Shown: one piece after another, positions 7,125 through 16,688 of the stretch
How the letters are laid out: each line of letters begins with the position of its first letter
How positions within the stretch are numbered: the first letter of the stretch is position 1
From: Gallionella sp.
Lineage (GTDB): Bacteria; Pseudomonadota; Gammaproteobacteria; Burkholderiales; Gallionellaceae
Length of the DNA stretch: 64,000 nucleotides
Reading direction: 5' to 3'
Assembly: GCA_041660905.1 (NCBI GenBank)
Contig: JBAZVL010000009.1
Location: forward strand, 13,338 to 77,337
Notes under the pieces: generated by a model
What the model was told of the DNA's origin: nothing
What the model saw: only the letters and a program-made list of their open reading frames with translations
Database searches by the model: none
Program-made: the position numbers and the translations under genes

Positions 7125-9986
7125 ATGAATATACGATTTGAATTAAATAATATATTGAAAAATATAGTATTTTTAGAGTCTCTGCTGATTCCGTTGCAAG
7201 TTTCTGCGTTGCCCTCAGGCGGCGTGGTGTCGGCAGGCTCTGCCAGTATCAGCGCGTATGCCAGCGGGTTAACCATTACCCAGACCACGCAGAATGCGGC
7301 GATCAACTGGCAGCGTTTCAGTATCGGGACCAACGAGGCGGTGCGTTTCATTCAGCCAGCGTTCAATTCGGTGGCGCTTAACCGGGTGGTGGGGCAGGAT
7401 CCTTCCGCCATACTGGGCAGCCTGTCGGCCAATGGCCGGGTGTTTTTGATCAATCCGAATGGCATCCTGTTCGCGCCCGGCGCCTCGGTCAATGCGGGCG
7501 GTTTAGTTGCTTCCACCTTGAATATGACCGACGGCGACCTGATGGCTGGCCACTACCAATTTTCAGGCAACAGTAGCAGCACTGTCGTGAATCGGGGAAG
7601 CATCAACGCGGACGGCAGTTTTGTCGCCCTGCTGGGCGGCACGGTGAGGAATGAAGGTGTTATTTCAGCCAGGTTGGGTAGCGTTGCGCTGGCTGGCGGT
7701 ACGGCGATCACGCTGGATATCGCGGGCGACCAATTGTTGAATGTGGTGGTTCATCAGGGGGTGATGAATGCCCTGATCGAAAACAGCGGGCAGATTTTCG
7801 CCGATGGCGGGCAGGTACTGCTCAGCACGCAAAGTCTGGGTAATATGCTCTCCGGCGCGGTGAACAACACCGGCGTGATTCAGGCGCAGAGCCTAGCGCA
7901 GCAAAGCGGTACGATCAAACTGCTGGGCGATATGCAAAGCGGCGTCGTGAAGGCGGGCGGCATGCTGGACGCCAGCGCGCCCTATGGCGGCCACGGCGGT
8001 TTTGTCGAAACTTCCGCAGCTCAGGTTGCCGTCAGTGACAGCCTGATCCTGACCACCGCAGCCACATCAGGAGTAACGGGACTTTGGCTGATCGATCCAA
8101 AAGATTACACCATTGCTGCGTCTGGCGGCGACATCACCGGAGCTTTGTTAGCCCAAAAACTGCTGACCTCGAACATCAGCATTTTAAGCGGTGACGGATT
8201 CTCGGGCACGCGGGGCGATATCAACGTCAATACCCCTGTGCATTGGGCGGCAGCCACCACGCTGACCTTGAATGCGGTTCACGATGTACTGGTCAACGCG
8301 CCGGTTACGGCGGATACGGCAGGTGCTCATCTGGCGTTGATCGCCGGCAACGATATCGCTACCACTGGCACACTGAACGTAGTCGCGGCAGGTTCAGGCA
8401 TTGCGCTTGCCGCCGGCCACGATGTGCGCATCGGCGGCGACATCACGGCAACCGCCGCCAATTCCGTTCTCGATATCAGCGCCGCCAACAACCTCGTCAA
8501 CAATGCGGCGATCATGGCGGTGGCAGCGGGTACGACGATGACCCTGCATGCGGGCAACGATTTTAATTCGGCCGGCGCGATCACGGCCGTTGCGGCCAAC
8601 ACCACCCTCAATGTTACGGCAGGGCGAGATGTGATCGTCGGTGCCGCCATCGCGGCGGTCGCGGCGGATTCGGTGATCAGATTGGCGGCCGGTCGGGATG
8701 TGCTCACCATGGCAGCAGTTTCGGCGGGCGCTGCAACTACGCTGATAGAAATGAATGCCGGACATCATGTGACGATTGTTGCCGCCGTTAGCGCACCTGC
8801 CGCAGGTGCCTCCATCCGGTTGATTTCAGGATTGAACGGCAACGGCCCGGGGAGCGCCAATGGCACTGTCGCGCTGGCTGCTGCGGTCACATCGCCTAAT
8901 TTGACCGTTCGTTTCAATCCGGACGGTTATGCCAATACCGCCGCCGAAATCGCCGCCTATCCGGCACTTGCAGATGCAAAAGCCTGGGTGTATTTGCAGG
9001 GCAACAATAAAATTTACGATGGCGGCATTGCGGCCAGTCTGAGTTTGAGCGGCACGCCATCCGCCGCCTTGCTTCCCGGTACCGCCAGTTTTAACGATAA
9101 AAATGCGGGTCTGGCCAAAGCCATCAATTTTGCCAATTACGCCTTGACGGGTAGTGGTCAGTATTCCCTGTTCGCAACGACAGGGACTACCACGGCGAAC
9201 ATTGCTCAGCGTGACTTGAGCGTCACCGCCACCGGCAGCGACAAGGTCTACGACGGCACGACAGCGGACAGCGTGTTGTTACGCGATAACCGGATCGCGG
9301 GCGATACACTGAATTTAAGCTATGGGAGCGCGAATTTTACCGATCCGAACGCAGGTGCTGGCAAGTCCGTTATCGTCGGCGGACTCAATCTGGCCGGCCT
9401 GGATGCGGCCAACTATCGCCACAACAGTCTCTATGTCGCAACAGCCAATATCACCCCGGCGCAGCTGGACATTACCGCCGCCAATGCCAGCAAGACATAC
9501 GGACAGACGCCGACGCTGAGTGCCTTCTATGCGCGAGGGCTGGTCAACGGTGAAACCATAGGCGGAGTGACCGAAACCAGCCCCGGTACAGCTGCCGATG
9601 CAGGGGTGTCGGGCAGCCCGTATGCGATTACTCCGGGCCATGCCTATGGCGGGAACTTTGCTGCCGCCAACTACCGCATCACTTATGTAAACGGCGCTCT
9701 GGCGGTGATTCCGGCAGGACTGCTGGTGACAGCCGCTGATGCAACCAAGATTGCCGGACAGCATATGCTCTTGAGCGCTTTTACCGCCGATGGTCTGGTG
9801 AACGGTGAAACGATAGGTGCGTTTACCGAATCCAGTCCGGGCGAGGCTGCCAGTGCCCTGCCGGGTTCCTATGTCATCAAGTCAGGGCCCGCCGGAGGAG
9901 GGGGCTTCACTCCATCGAATTACACCATCGTTTACATCAACGGCACCTTGACGGTATTGCCGCTCACCGTGATACCCGCACCGTGA
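7125..9986 (+). CDS. TpsA exoprotein: filamentous-haemagglutinin-type TPS domain, beta-helical repeats, C-terminal YDG/MBG-type repeats
   Basis: The TPS secretion domain is recognisable (NWQRFSIG..., FLINPNGILFAPGASVNAGGLVAST). About 20-aa AGxDV...I.A.AA repeats follow. The C-terminus has KVYDGTTA and GLVNGET...NY.I.Y.NG.L.V modules. ATG 7125 has the RBS AGGGGTGA. Confidence 0.9.
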   Translation: MNIRFELNNILKNIVFLESLLIPLQVSALPSGGVVSAGSASISAYASGLTITQTTQNAAINWQRFSIGTNEAVRFIQPAFNSVALNRVVGQDPSAILGSLSANGRVFLINPNGILFAPGASVNAGGLVASTLNMTDGDLMAGHYQFSGNSSSTVVNRGSINADGSFVALLGGTVRNEGVISARLGSVALAGGTAITLDIAGDQLLNVVVHQGVMNALIENSGQIFADGGQVLLSTQSLGNMLSGAVNNTGVIQAQSLAQQSGTIKLLGDMQSGVVKAGGMLDASAPYGGHGGFVETSAAQVAVSDSLILTTAATSGVTGLWLIDPKDYTIAASGGDITGALLAQKLLTSNISILSGDGFSGTRGDINVNTPVHWAAATTLTLNAVHDVLVNAPVTADTAGAHLALIAGNDIATTGTLNVVAAGSGIALAAGHDVRIGGDITATAANSVLDISAANNLVNNAAIMAVAAGTTMTLHAGNDFNSAGAITAVAANTTLNVTAGRDVIVGAAIAAVAADSVIRLAAGRDVLTMAAVSAGAATTLIEMNAGHHVTIVAAVSAPAAGASIRLISGLNGNGPGSANGTVALAAAVTSPNLTVRFNPDGYANTAAEIAAYPALADAKAWVYLQGNNKIYDGGIAASLSLSGTPSAALLPGTASFNDKNAGLAKAINFANYALTGSGQYSLFATTGTTTANIAQRDLSVTATGSDKVYDGTTADSVLLRDNRIAGDTLNLSYGSANFTDPNAGAGKSVIVGGLNLAGLDAANYRHNSLYVATANITPAQLDITAANASKTYGQTPTLSAFYARGLVNGETIGGVTETSPGTAADAGVSGSPYAITPGHAYGGNFAAANYRITYVNGALAVIPAGLLVTAADATKIAGQHMLLSAFTADGLVNGETIGAFTESSPGEAASALPGSYVIKSGPAGGGGFTPSNYTIVYINGTLTVLPLTVIPAP

Positions 9987-10097
9987 TCAGGACTCACTAA
10001 CACGCTGCGTCAGCGACCTGCCTGAATGTGTGCCAGCGAACAAACAGCAGTGCAAGTAAAGGCGAATATGACCACATCGTTACAAGGGAGTCATCAC

Positions 10098-10640
10098 ATG
10101 TTGAATAAATCCGCTTTACGTCTGCCGGTTGCCGCCTTGATGCTGGCAGCTTCGGGGATGGCTAGCGCAGCCTCGGCCAGCACCTATTTTCCGGTCACCG
10201 CTTCCGTTTCGCAAAACTGTTCGATCAGCACCACTTCCGCGCTGGCATTTGCCGCCTATGATTCGGTGGGCACTAATGCGACGGCGGCATTAAATTCTAC
10301 CGGCCAGATCAGCGTCACTTGTTCCAAAGGTGCGGTGGGTTTGACGATAGGGATGGATGACGGCACGCATGGGGTAGGCGGCCAGCGCCAGATGATAGGA
10401 GGATCGGCAGCCGGCTTGTTGCAATACAACATTTTTCAACCGCCCGGCAATGCACCCGATACGGCCTGCACCTTTCCCGGTACCACGGCGTGGACGGCGA
10501 TCGGCACCGGCTTGCTGACGCTCACCAGAGCTCCGACCAATGTTTCTCGCCTTTACAACGTGTGCGGCACGATTCCCGGCGGTCAGGATGTCGCTGCCGA
10601 TTCTTATACCGACACGGTCGGCGCAACCATTAATTTTTAG
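10098..10640 (+). CDS. Spore-coat-U (SCPU) domain pilin, CsuA/B-like major subunit
   Basis: Signal peptide MLNKSALRLPVAALMLAASGMASA. SCPU-type pattern ...ISVTCSKG... and C-terminal GGQDVAADSYTDTVGATINF. ATG 10098 has the RBS AAGGGA. Confidence 0.8.
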   Translation: MLNKSALRLPVAALMLAASGMASAASASTYFPVTASVSQNCSISTTSALAFAAYDSVGTNATAALNSTGQISVTCSKGAVGLTIGMDDGTHGVGGQRQMIGGSAAGLLQYNIFQPPGNAPDTACTFPGTTAWTAIGTGLLTLTRAPTNVSRLYNVCGTIPGGQDVAADSYTDTVGATINF

Positions 10641-10642
10641 TC

Positions 10643-11422
10643 ATGGAGGCTGCTTTGAAGAACTCAATCTGTAATCCGAATATCACCGCTATTTTGCCGT
10701 TCAAGGCTCGCCAAGTTTGGCTGCTGACGCTACTCATGCCGTGTCTGGCTGGCGCTGCGGGCTGGGAGATCGACCCGATACGCGTTGCGTTGTCGGCAAA
10801 ACAACCGACTGCGACGGTCACGGTCAAAAACGAATCCGATCAATCCACCACGATACAGATACAGGCGGTCTCCTGGTCACAAAAGGAGGGTAAAGATATC
10901 TATAGTCCAAGCAGTGAATTGATTGTTTCGCCGCCTATCGTCAGCATAGCCGCGCACGGGGAACAGGTGATACGCGTAGGTTTGCGCCATAAAGTCAATA
11001 ACACGATCGAATCGGCTTATCGCATCAATTTGCAGGAACTGCCATCGCCTTCGAGTCCGGAATTTTCAGGCGTCAAAGTCGCACTGCGCATCGGTTTGCC
11101 GGTATTCGTGCAGCCTAAAGCCGGCAAGGCTACACCGAAAACCTCGTGGTCGGCGGTGCGGGGAGATGCCAGTGTTTTAAAAGTATCTGTTTTAAATCAA
11201 GGAAATACGCATATACAGGTATCTGATTTTTCTGTCTATGCAAAGGGACATGACGCGGCGATCGCGAGTGAATCGGGTACAAATTATGTGTTGGCGGGCC
11301 AGGCTCACGAATGGCTGCTGAAGATCAACGCATCAGAGCAAATTAACGACGGTCTTTTACATCTCAAGGCCTACACCGATGCGGCCATCATTGAAACAGA
11401 GCTTGTGCTGGATCAACCGTAG
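10643..11422 (+). CDS. Periplasmic pilus chaperone (PapD-like, CsuC-like)
   Basis: 259 aa with a signal peptide. The Ig-fold chaperone pattern IDPIRVALSAKQPTATVTVKNESDQSTTIQIQ is present. It sits between the pilin and usher genes. Confidence 0.8.
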   Translation: MEAALKNSICNPNITAILPFKARQVWLLTLLMPCLAGAAGWEIDPIRVALSAKQPTATVTVKNESDQSTTIQIQAVSWSQKEGKDIYSPSSELIVSPPIVSIAAHGEQVIRVGLRHKVNNTIESAYRINLQELPSPSSPEFSGVKVALRIGLPVFVQPKAGKATPKTSWSAVRGDASVLKVSVLNQGNTHIQVSDFSVYAKGHDAAIASESGTNYVLAGQAHEWLLKINASEQINDGLLHLKAYTDAAIIETELVLDQP

Positions 11423-13733
11423 CGCGGCAGGATGGCTGATCAGCACCGTTTGTCTGGCCTGTAGTGCTTTTGGCGCCGCTCTTCCACAGGAACCGGCGGC
11501 GGTACAAGCAGCTCCCCTGAAAGAGCGTCTGTTGCAGGTTGATATCGATCTGCAACAGCTCAACGAAACCGTGCTGGTGCTCGAAGATGAGACCGGCGCT
11601 TTCTATTTTCGTGATCAGGATCTGCAGCGCTGGCGACTTCGCCTCCCTAAAGCGGATACGCTCATCGCTTATCTGGGCGAGCACTATTATCCGCTCTCCG
11701 CGATTTCAGAGGTGGTGCCCGATTACGATCCGAAAACACTGACGCTGATGATTAAGGTTAAACCCGAGGCATTCACCGACACCACGCGCGTCATACGCTA
11801 TGGACGTATTCCCGGTGCGGTTAAACCGGATCCGGGCGGTTTTTTCAATTACGATCTGTTTGTCGCACAGTCAGCGGGTCTGATGCAGCGTGCCGGTCAA
11901 CTGGAACTGGGTTGGTTTAATCGTTCGGGTGTGCTCACCAGCACGGTGCTGGCAGAAGCGATCGGCAGCGGCGCTAGCCTGACACGGCTCGATACCAGCT
12001 GGACTGCGGACAATCCGCAAAAGTTACAAACCCTGACGCTGGGCGATGCGATCACATCGCCTGGCAGTTGGGGGCGTTCAGCACGTTACGGCGGCATCCG
12101 CTTTGGCAGCAACTTTGGCACACAGCCCGGACTGTTAACCTACACACCGCAAAAAGCGGTCGGGCAGGCGGTGCTGCCTTCCACAGTCGATGTGTTTATC
12201 AATAACGCGCTGGTTTCGCGCCAGCGGGTGCCTCCCGGCCCGTTCGCTATCAGCAATCTGCCGGTCGTCAGCGGTTCAGGTCAGATTCTGCTGGTGGTTC
12301 GCGATCTGCTGGGACGCGAACAGATTATCAGTCAGCCGTTTTATGCCAGTCAGTCGCTATTGCGTGCAGGGCTTGAGAGCTATTCGTACGAACTGGGCAG
12401 GGTACGCAATAACTTTGCTCTGAACAGCAATGATTACGGCGGCGCGATTGCCAGCGGCACTTACCGGCGCGGAATCAACGAACATCTCACCGGGGAGTTC
12501 CACACGGAAGCGATGCAGGGGCAGGCGACCGCAGGGGTAGGGGCGGATGTATTGCTGCCGAAAATCGGTACGCTCAATAGCCATATCGCAGCGAGTTACC
12601 GCAATAAAATTCAGGGGGCGATGGTCATGCTGGGGCTGGATCGGCAGGCTGATCCCTGGAGCGCGGGCGTGCGCACGCAGATCAACAGTGCGACTTTTAC
12701 ACAGATCGGTACGCTGGCGGCGCAATTACCCCCGATACACCAGAGTCACGTCAACCTGAGTTATCAGGCGCACCGTGGCGGCTCCTTTGGCGCGGTCTAT
12801 CTCTGGCAGCGCAATCGCAATCAGGCCGATATGCGCTTCGCGAGCTTCAGTTACAGCGTAGCACTTGGGAAAATCGGTTCGTTTACCCTGTCCGCGTTGC
12901 GCAATTTGACCGGGGAGGTGAGCACCACGATTTTCGCCCTGTTAAGCATCCAGCTGGAGGCGGCAACCAGTTTGAGTGTGAGTTCCCAGTCCACCACCAT
13001 GGCGGGCAATCTGTACACGACTACCTTGCAGCGCAATCTGTCGCCCGGCGTAGGGGATGGCTACCGGCTACAGTCGCGCAGCGACGGTATGCGAAAAGCG
13101 GGCTATCTGATACAGAATAACGCCGGTACTTATAGCGCCGATGTCGCGCAGAGCACGGGGGAGACGGCGACGCGCCTGAATGCGACGGGCGGTATCGCGG
13201 TGCTGGGCGGCAATGCCTTTATCAGCCGTCGCATCGAGCAGAGTTTTGCCGTGGTGCGCATTCCGGACTACCCGGGTGTGCGCGTGCTGGCGGATAATCA
13301 ACCCGCAGGCCGCACCGATGCCGATGGCAATGCGCTGATTCCGCGACTGCGCGCCTACGACAGGAACGTCATTTCGATCGATCAGCGGGATTTGCCGCTG
13401 GATGCGGAAATCGGCACGCTGAAACTGGAAGTCGTGCCTTATTACCGCAGCGGCATCAGCGTTCCATTCCCTATCCGCAGGTCACGCGCGTCGACCTTCA
13501 CCCTGCGACTAGCAAATGGAAACTCTGTTCCGGCAGGGGCGTTAATTAATATTAATAATCATATATATACAGTTGGTTATGAAGGTCAGGCCTATGTTGC
13601 AGGTCTGAATTCGGCTAATCATCTGGACGTTTCCTGGGGTGACCAACACTGTGAGCTGGATGTCCCCTATATCGCGACGGACGACCCGCTGCCCGATCTC
13701 GGTATTTTTGTCTGTAAAGGGGAGGGTGAATGA
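11379..13733 (+). CDS. Outer-membrane fimbrial usher (CsuD-like)
   Basis: 784 aa, with size and sequence character of an usher porin. It overlaps the chaperone 3' end. The start is uncertain. Confidence 0.85.
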   Translation: MRPSLKQSLCWINRSAAGWLISTVCLACSAFGAALPQEPAAVQAAPLKERLLQVDIDLQQLNETVLVLEDETGAFYFRDQDLQRWRLRLPKADTLIAYLGEHYYPLSAISEVVPDYDPKTLTLMIKVKPEAFTDTTRVIRYGRIPGAVKPDPGGFFNYDLFVAQSAGLMQRAGQLELGWFNRSGVLTSTVLAEAIGSGASLTRLDTSWTADNPQKLQTLTLGDAITSPGSWGRSARYGGIRFGSNFGTQPGLLTYTPQKAVGQAVLPSTVDVFINNALVSRQRVPPGPFAISNLPVVSGSGQILLVVRDLLGREQIISQPFYASQSLLRAGLESYSYELGRVRNNFALNSNDYGGAIASGTYRRGINEHLTGEFHTEAMQGQATAGVGADVLLPKIGTLNSHIAASYRNKIQGAMVMLGLDRQADPWSAGVRTQINSATFTQIGTLAAQLPPIHQSHVNLSYQAHRGGSFGAVYLWQRNRNQADMRFASFSYSVALGKIGSFTLSALRNLTGEVSTTIFALLSIQLEAATSLSVSSQSTTMAGNLYTTTLQRNLSPGVGDGYRLQSRSDGMRKAGYLIQNNAGTYSADVAQSTGETATRLNATGGIAVLGGNAFISRRIEQSFAVVRIPDYPGVRVLADNQPAGRTDADGNALIPRLRAYDRNVISIDQRDLPLDAEIGTLKLEVVPYYRSGISVPFPIRRSRASTFTLRLANGNSVPAGALININNHIYTVGYEGQAYVAGLNSANHLDVSWGDQHCELDVPYIATDDPLPDLGIFVCKGEGE

Positions 13734-14194
13734 GTCTGTTTTCGTGTCAAATCCGGCTCTGCTCAGCCAGTCTTATCGGGGGGCTACTGGCGGTTACCCC
13801 GGTCTATGCCGCGCCCTCTTGTTCGTTCAGGTCGGTTTCATCGGTCAGTTTCGGTGCGTATGATGTTTTTTCAACCCTGGCCAATAACAACGGGGTCGGC
13901 AGTCTGAGCATCAAATGCACGGGCGGGGCAAATTCTGTGGTCTCATTGAGCGCAGGCCAGAGCAATAATTTTGCGAACCGGGTGATGCGCAGCGGTGTGA
14001 ATCTCTTGAATTACAACCTGTATACCAGCACCGCACATGCGCTGGTGTGGGGAGATGGTTCGGGCGGCAGTCGTGTTATTTCCCCGGGCAATAACGGCAC
14101 GATCACCCTGAATATATTCGGACAGATACCCGCCGGTCAGGATGCCGCCGTCGGTATTTACACCGATAACATCACACTAACAGTCAGCTTCTAA
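13730..14194 (+). CDS. Spore-coat-U domain protein (second pilin or tip subunit, CsuE/CsuB-like)
   Basis: 154 aa with a signal peptide. It has ...LSIKCTGG... and C-terminal AGQDAAVGIYTDNITLTVSF, paralleling the first SCPU protein. There is an ATGA overlap with the usher stop. Confidence 0.75.
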   Translation: MSLFSCQIRLCSASLIGGLLAVTPVYAAPSCSFRSVSSVSFGAYDVFSTLANNNGVGSLSIKCTGGANSVVSLSAGQSNNFANRVMRSGVNLLNYNLYTSTAHALVWGDGSGGSRVISPGNNGTITLNIFGQIPAGQDAAVGIYTDNITLTVSF

Positions 14195-14228
14195 TCGACT
14201 ATTTTTCTCGATTTTGGCCAGATTTTGA

Positions 14229-14277
14229 ATTCGCTATTCGCTATTCGCTATTCGCTATTCGCTATTCGCTATTCGCT
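14229..14277. repeat. Heptanucleotide microsatellite (ATTCGCT)x7, perfect
   Basis: Counted directly. It begins 35 bp after the last pilus gene stop. A TGA at 14226-14228 immediately precedes it, and one frame stays open through it into ORF 14277-14483. Confidence 0.95.
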
Positions 14278-14483
14278 TGTGGCAAGATTGCGCGCAGCCG
14301 AACTTCAGCGAGGAGCAGGTGGAGGGTATCAAGCGACAGTTGCGCCACGAATACCGGGGCGAGCGTGTGTACATCGCCAAATTCCCGGACAAGCTGCACG
14401 ACATCATCCGGTCGCGCTTTACCGGTCGCTGTAAAAACGGCATAAATTACCGTGAACCAACAATGCACTGCGTGGGCGGGTAG
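14277..14483 (+). pseudogene. Possible remnant of a Mor-family (phage Mu middle-operon-regulator-like) gene
   Basis: The 68 codons include GERVYIAK...IIRSRFTGR...NYRE, reminiscent of the Mor motif G.QVYIP(K/R)...IR..FNGRN..EL. There is no ATG (TTG only), and the N-terminal part is replaced by the microsatellite. Weak call. Confidence 0.3.
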
Positions 14484-14560
14484 TCATCGGGCAGAACGGC
14501 CATTGACCAGTAATTAATTTTGATGCATAGTGACCATTATGACCAGAATGGTGAGATGAC

Positions 14561-14848
14561 ATGATTACTCAAACAAGCGCAGTGACTTTTAGACAAAATC
14601 TGGGCGAAATGCTCAATCAGGTGCAGTACAGACACGACAGCATCGTAATCAACAAAGATGGCAGGCCGGTTGCTGCATTGGTTGATGCCAGGTTGTTCGA
14701 GCGTATTCGGCGCATGCAAGCTCGTTTTGATGCGCTATGCCAGCGTATTGAATCAGGGTTTTCAAACGTACCTGAGGAAGACGGGATTGCTGAAATTAAT
14801 GCTGCTATTGAACTTGAGCGGGCATTAGCACGCACACCTAAGCGTTGA
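14561..14848 (+). CDS. Phd/YefM family type II antitoxin
   Basis: 95 aa. The N-terminus (FRQNLGEMLNQVQYRHDSIVINKDGRPVAALVDARLFERI) is typical of Phd/YefM. It lies directly upstream of a PIN gene. Confidence 0.85.
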   Translation: MITQTSAVTFRQNLGEMLNQVQYRHDSIVINKDGRPVAALVDARLFERIRRMQARFDALCQRIESGFSNVPEEDGIAEINAAIELERALARTPKR

Positions 14849-14854
14849 GTCGTC

Positions 14855-15286
14855 ATGGCCACGTTGCGTGTAGTTCTGGACACAAATGTGCTTCTCTCGG
14901 GTATTGCTTATCCGGCAAGCGTGCCGGGTAAAATAATGTCCGCGTGGCGATATGGCTCGATAGAGGTTTTACTGTCTGTTTATATCCTGGAAGAGTTGCG
15001 CCGCGTGTTGCCCCGACTGACTAACCGTCATGGTTTGACATCGGCGGAGATAGAAGACTTAGTTGATGCCCTGTCCTTGCAAGCGGAAATCATTGAACCG
15101 CTCCCTGTCGCAGATTCGGAGTTGCGTGATATTAACGATCAGCCTGTACTGGGCACTTTGCTGGCCGCACTTAAATTATCTGACGTGAACTACCTTATCA
15201 CCGGTGATAAGGATTTGCTGGTGCTGGCTGAACGCTACCCAATCGTGACCCCGGCAAATTTCTGGGCATTACATGCGGGATTCTGA
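14855..15286 (+). CDS. PIN-domain toxin (putative TA-system toxin component, PIN family)
   Basis: 143 aa with VVLDTNVLLSG at the N-terminus and ITGDKDLLVL near the C-terminus. It starts 6 nt after the antitoxin stop. Confidence 0.85.
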   Translation: MATLRVVLDTNVLLSGIAYPASVPGKIMSAWRYGSIEVLLSVYILEELRRVLPRLTNRHGLTSAEIEDLVDALSLQAEIIEPLPVADSELRDINDQPVLGTLLAALKLSDVNYLITGDKDLLVLAERYPIVTPANFWALHAGF

Positions 15287-15327
15287 TAGGGAAGTGTTGT
15301 GAGGCGTGGAAACTGAGACAAGAGTGA

Positions 15328-15611
15328 GCAAAAAAAATCAATGCTGCTGTAACTCACCATGATCGTGAGGTTGCCGAATTACGTGCAGATCGCGAACTTA
15401 CTGTTGAATACATGAAAGTCGCCATGGAGTCGCTCGATAATCCTGATGACCGTGCAACTGGACTCCTTGAGCTACGCACGGTCGCCGAAGCTTATGGCGG
15501 GCTTGGAGCTGTTGCTGCTGAAGCTGGATCAGCCGGGAAACACTTTGTCGAACCCTGTCTGCCAGAGGTAATTCGAACCTAAAAACCTTACTGGCAGCCA
15601 TGACCGGCTGA
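15328..15611 (+). pseudogene. Frameshifted, start-less HigA-like 'addiction module antidote' HTH gene
   Basis: Frame A reads ...HHDREVAELRADRELTVEYMKVAMESLDNPDDRATGLLELRTVAEAYGGLGAVAAEAG. After a shift near 15525-15532 a second frame reads ISRETLCRTLSARGNSNLKTLLAAMTG*, the HTH half of this family. A TGA lies immediately upstream and there is no start codon. Confidence 0.6.
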
Positions 15612-15894
15612 ACTTTGATTGCGGCCGCAATGCATGATCGTCACTGGTGCGCCCCCCTGATAAATCCCACAACTCTTTGTACACCGTTGGAATGCCAACT
15701 TGCTCTGCAACGAAGTAGGTTTCCGAATCCAAACTGGCGAGTAATATCGTGATGTCATTTTGTGATGGGACGCCTGACAGAAGAATCTCCCCCTAAGCCT
15801 TGTAGTTGGATGCATCACGATAAAGGTACTCAAAAATACAATATTCATTTGTACCGTCACAGGATGTCACGGACCGTTTTATAGTGAGTTGCAT
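15529..15894 (-). pseudogene. Small conserved-hypothetical gene (F.YLYRDASNYK family) interrupted by an in-frame TAG
   Basis: ATG 15894 lies 5 nt after the HNH stop codon. It reads MQLTIKRSVTSCDGTNEYCIFEYLYRDASNYKA-TAG(15795-15793)-GEILLSGVPSQNDITILLASLDSETYFVAEQVGIPTVYKELWDLSGG.... The 3' part runs into the HigA-like remnant on the other strand. Confidence 0.5.
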
Positions 15895-15899
15895 GATGC

Positions 15900-16688
15900 C
15901 TACATCCTATTGTCTACGAATAATATGTTTCTATGCCAAGCGATAAACTCGACTTGCGGCGCGAAGCGCTCTGGCGGCTCAATCGCTCGCCCATTGAGCG
16001 GCAATAGAACATTCCTTACGAAAGGCTCATCGCGCCGCCTCAGCTCATCTGAAACGATGATCTTGAAGTCATCGCTAAGCGTTATCAGTCCTTTGTCGAA
16101 TGCTCTGTCGTGGATCGCCGAAAGGCATAATCCATTGCTTGGGTTTAGGCGGTTCGCCTTGTCTTTGCTCCACGGCACAATGTGACTGGCAATTAACAAG
16201 CGAGGTTCGGACAAGCCTGACATACAGCAACGTCCACGATAACTACTCAGGACGGCACGGCGGAAAAAGTGCTGCTTGATCCTTTGTTCGGTCACCACAC
16301 GTCTAGTTTCACCAGTAAAATCAAGAAGTTCCTCTTGCTCGGTAATGTCCAATTCAATAACTGGTTCGGCTCCGGCTGCTTTGTTGAGTTGAGCGTTTAA
16401 CAATGCACATTCTAATGCGAGCTTCTCCCAATCGGCGTGAAATTCTGACCATATCTCTCGGTCAAGATTTGACGCACCATCGAGGCCTTTGCGTCCTGTG
16501 CTTGTGATTGCCGGGTCTAAGCTGGCAAAATTGACCAGTTTCATGGCTACTGCTCCGGGCGAACGGCCAATTAGTGTGGCAAGCTGGATAATTTCCCGAT
16601 TGCGGCTGTGAAGTTTGCCAAAGGGAAGTTGGCAATAAAGATAAAATGCCAGTTTTAGTTGCTCGTTAGTCCAGCGGTTTATAGCCAT
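15900..16688 (-). CDS. HNH endonuclease (HNH_2 / putative restriction endonuclease type)
   Basis: The C-terminal half has CCMSGL...LLIASHIVPW...NGLCLSAIHDRAFDKGLITL, the HNH nuclease motif of this family. ATG is at 16688; the ORF-track start at 16703 is a GTG. Confidence 0.8.
   Translation of the reverse strand: MAINRWTNEQLKLAFYLYCQLPFGKLHSRNREIIQLATLIGRSPGAVAMKLVNFASLDPAITSTGRKGLDGASNLDREIWSEFHADWEKLALECALLNAQLNKAAGAEPVIELDITEQEELLDFTGETRRVVTEQRIKQHFFRRAVLSSYRGRCCMSGLSEPRLLIASHIVPWSKDKANRLNPSNGLCLSAIHDRAFDKGLITLSDDFKIIVSDELRRRDEPFVRNVLLPLNGRAIEPPERFAPQVEFIAWHRNILFVDNRM

Noticed and set aside
8243-8768. Several 100-130 aa ORFs on both strands inside tpsA (similar cases occur inside gspD, gspE, the thiolase genes and the kinases)
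   Set aside because: These are typical GC-rich shadow ORFs, rich in Arg/Gly/Ala and of low complexity. They are fully nested in strongly supported genes.
14225-14434. 69-aa plus-strand ORF beginning MNSLFAIRYSLFAIRYSL
   Set aside because: It is a translation artefact of the (ATTCGCT)7 array in another frame, with no supporting signal.
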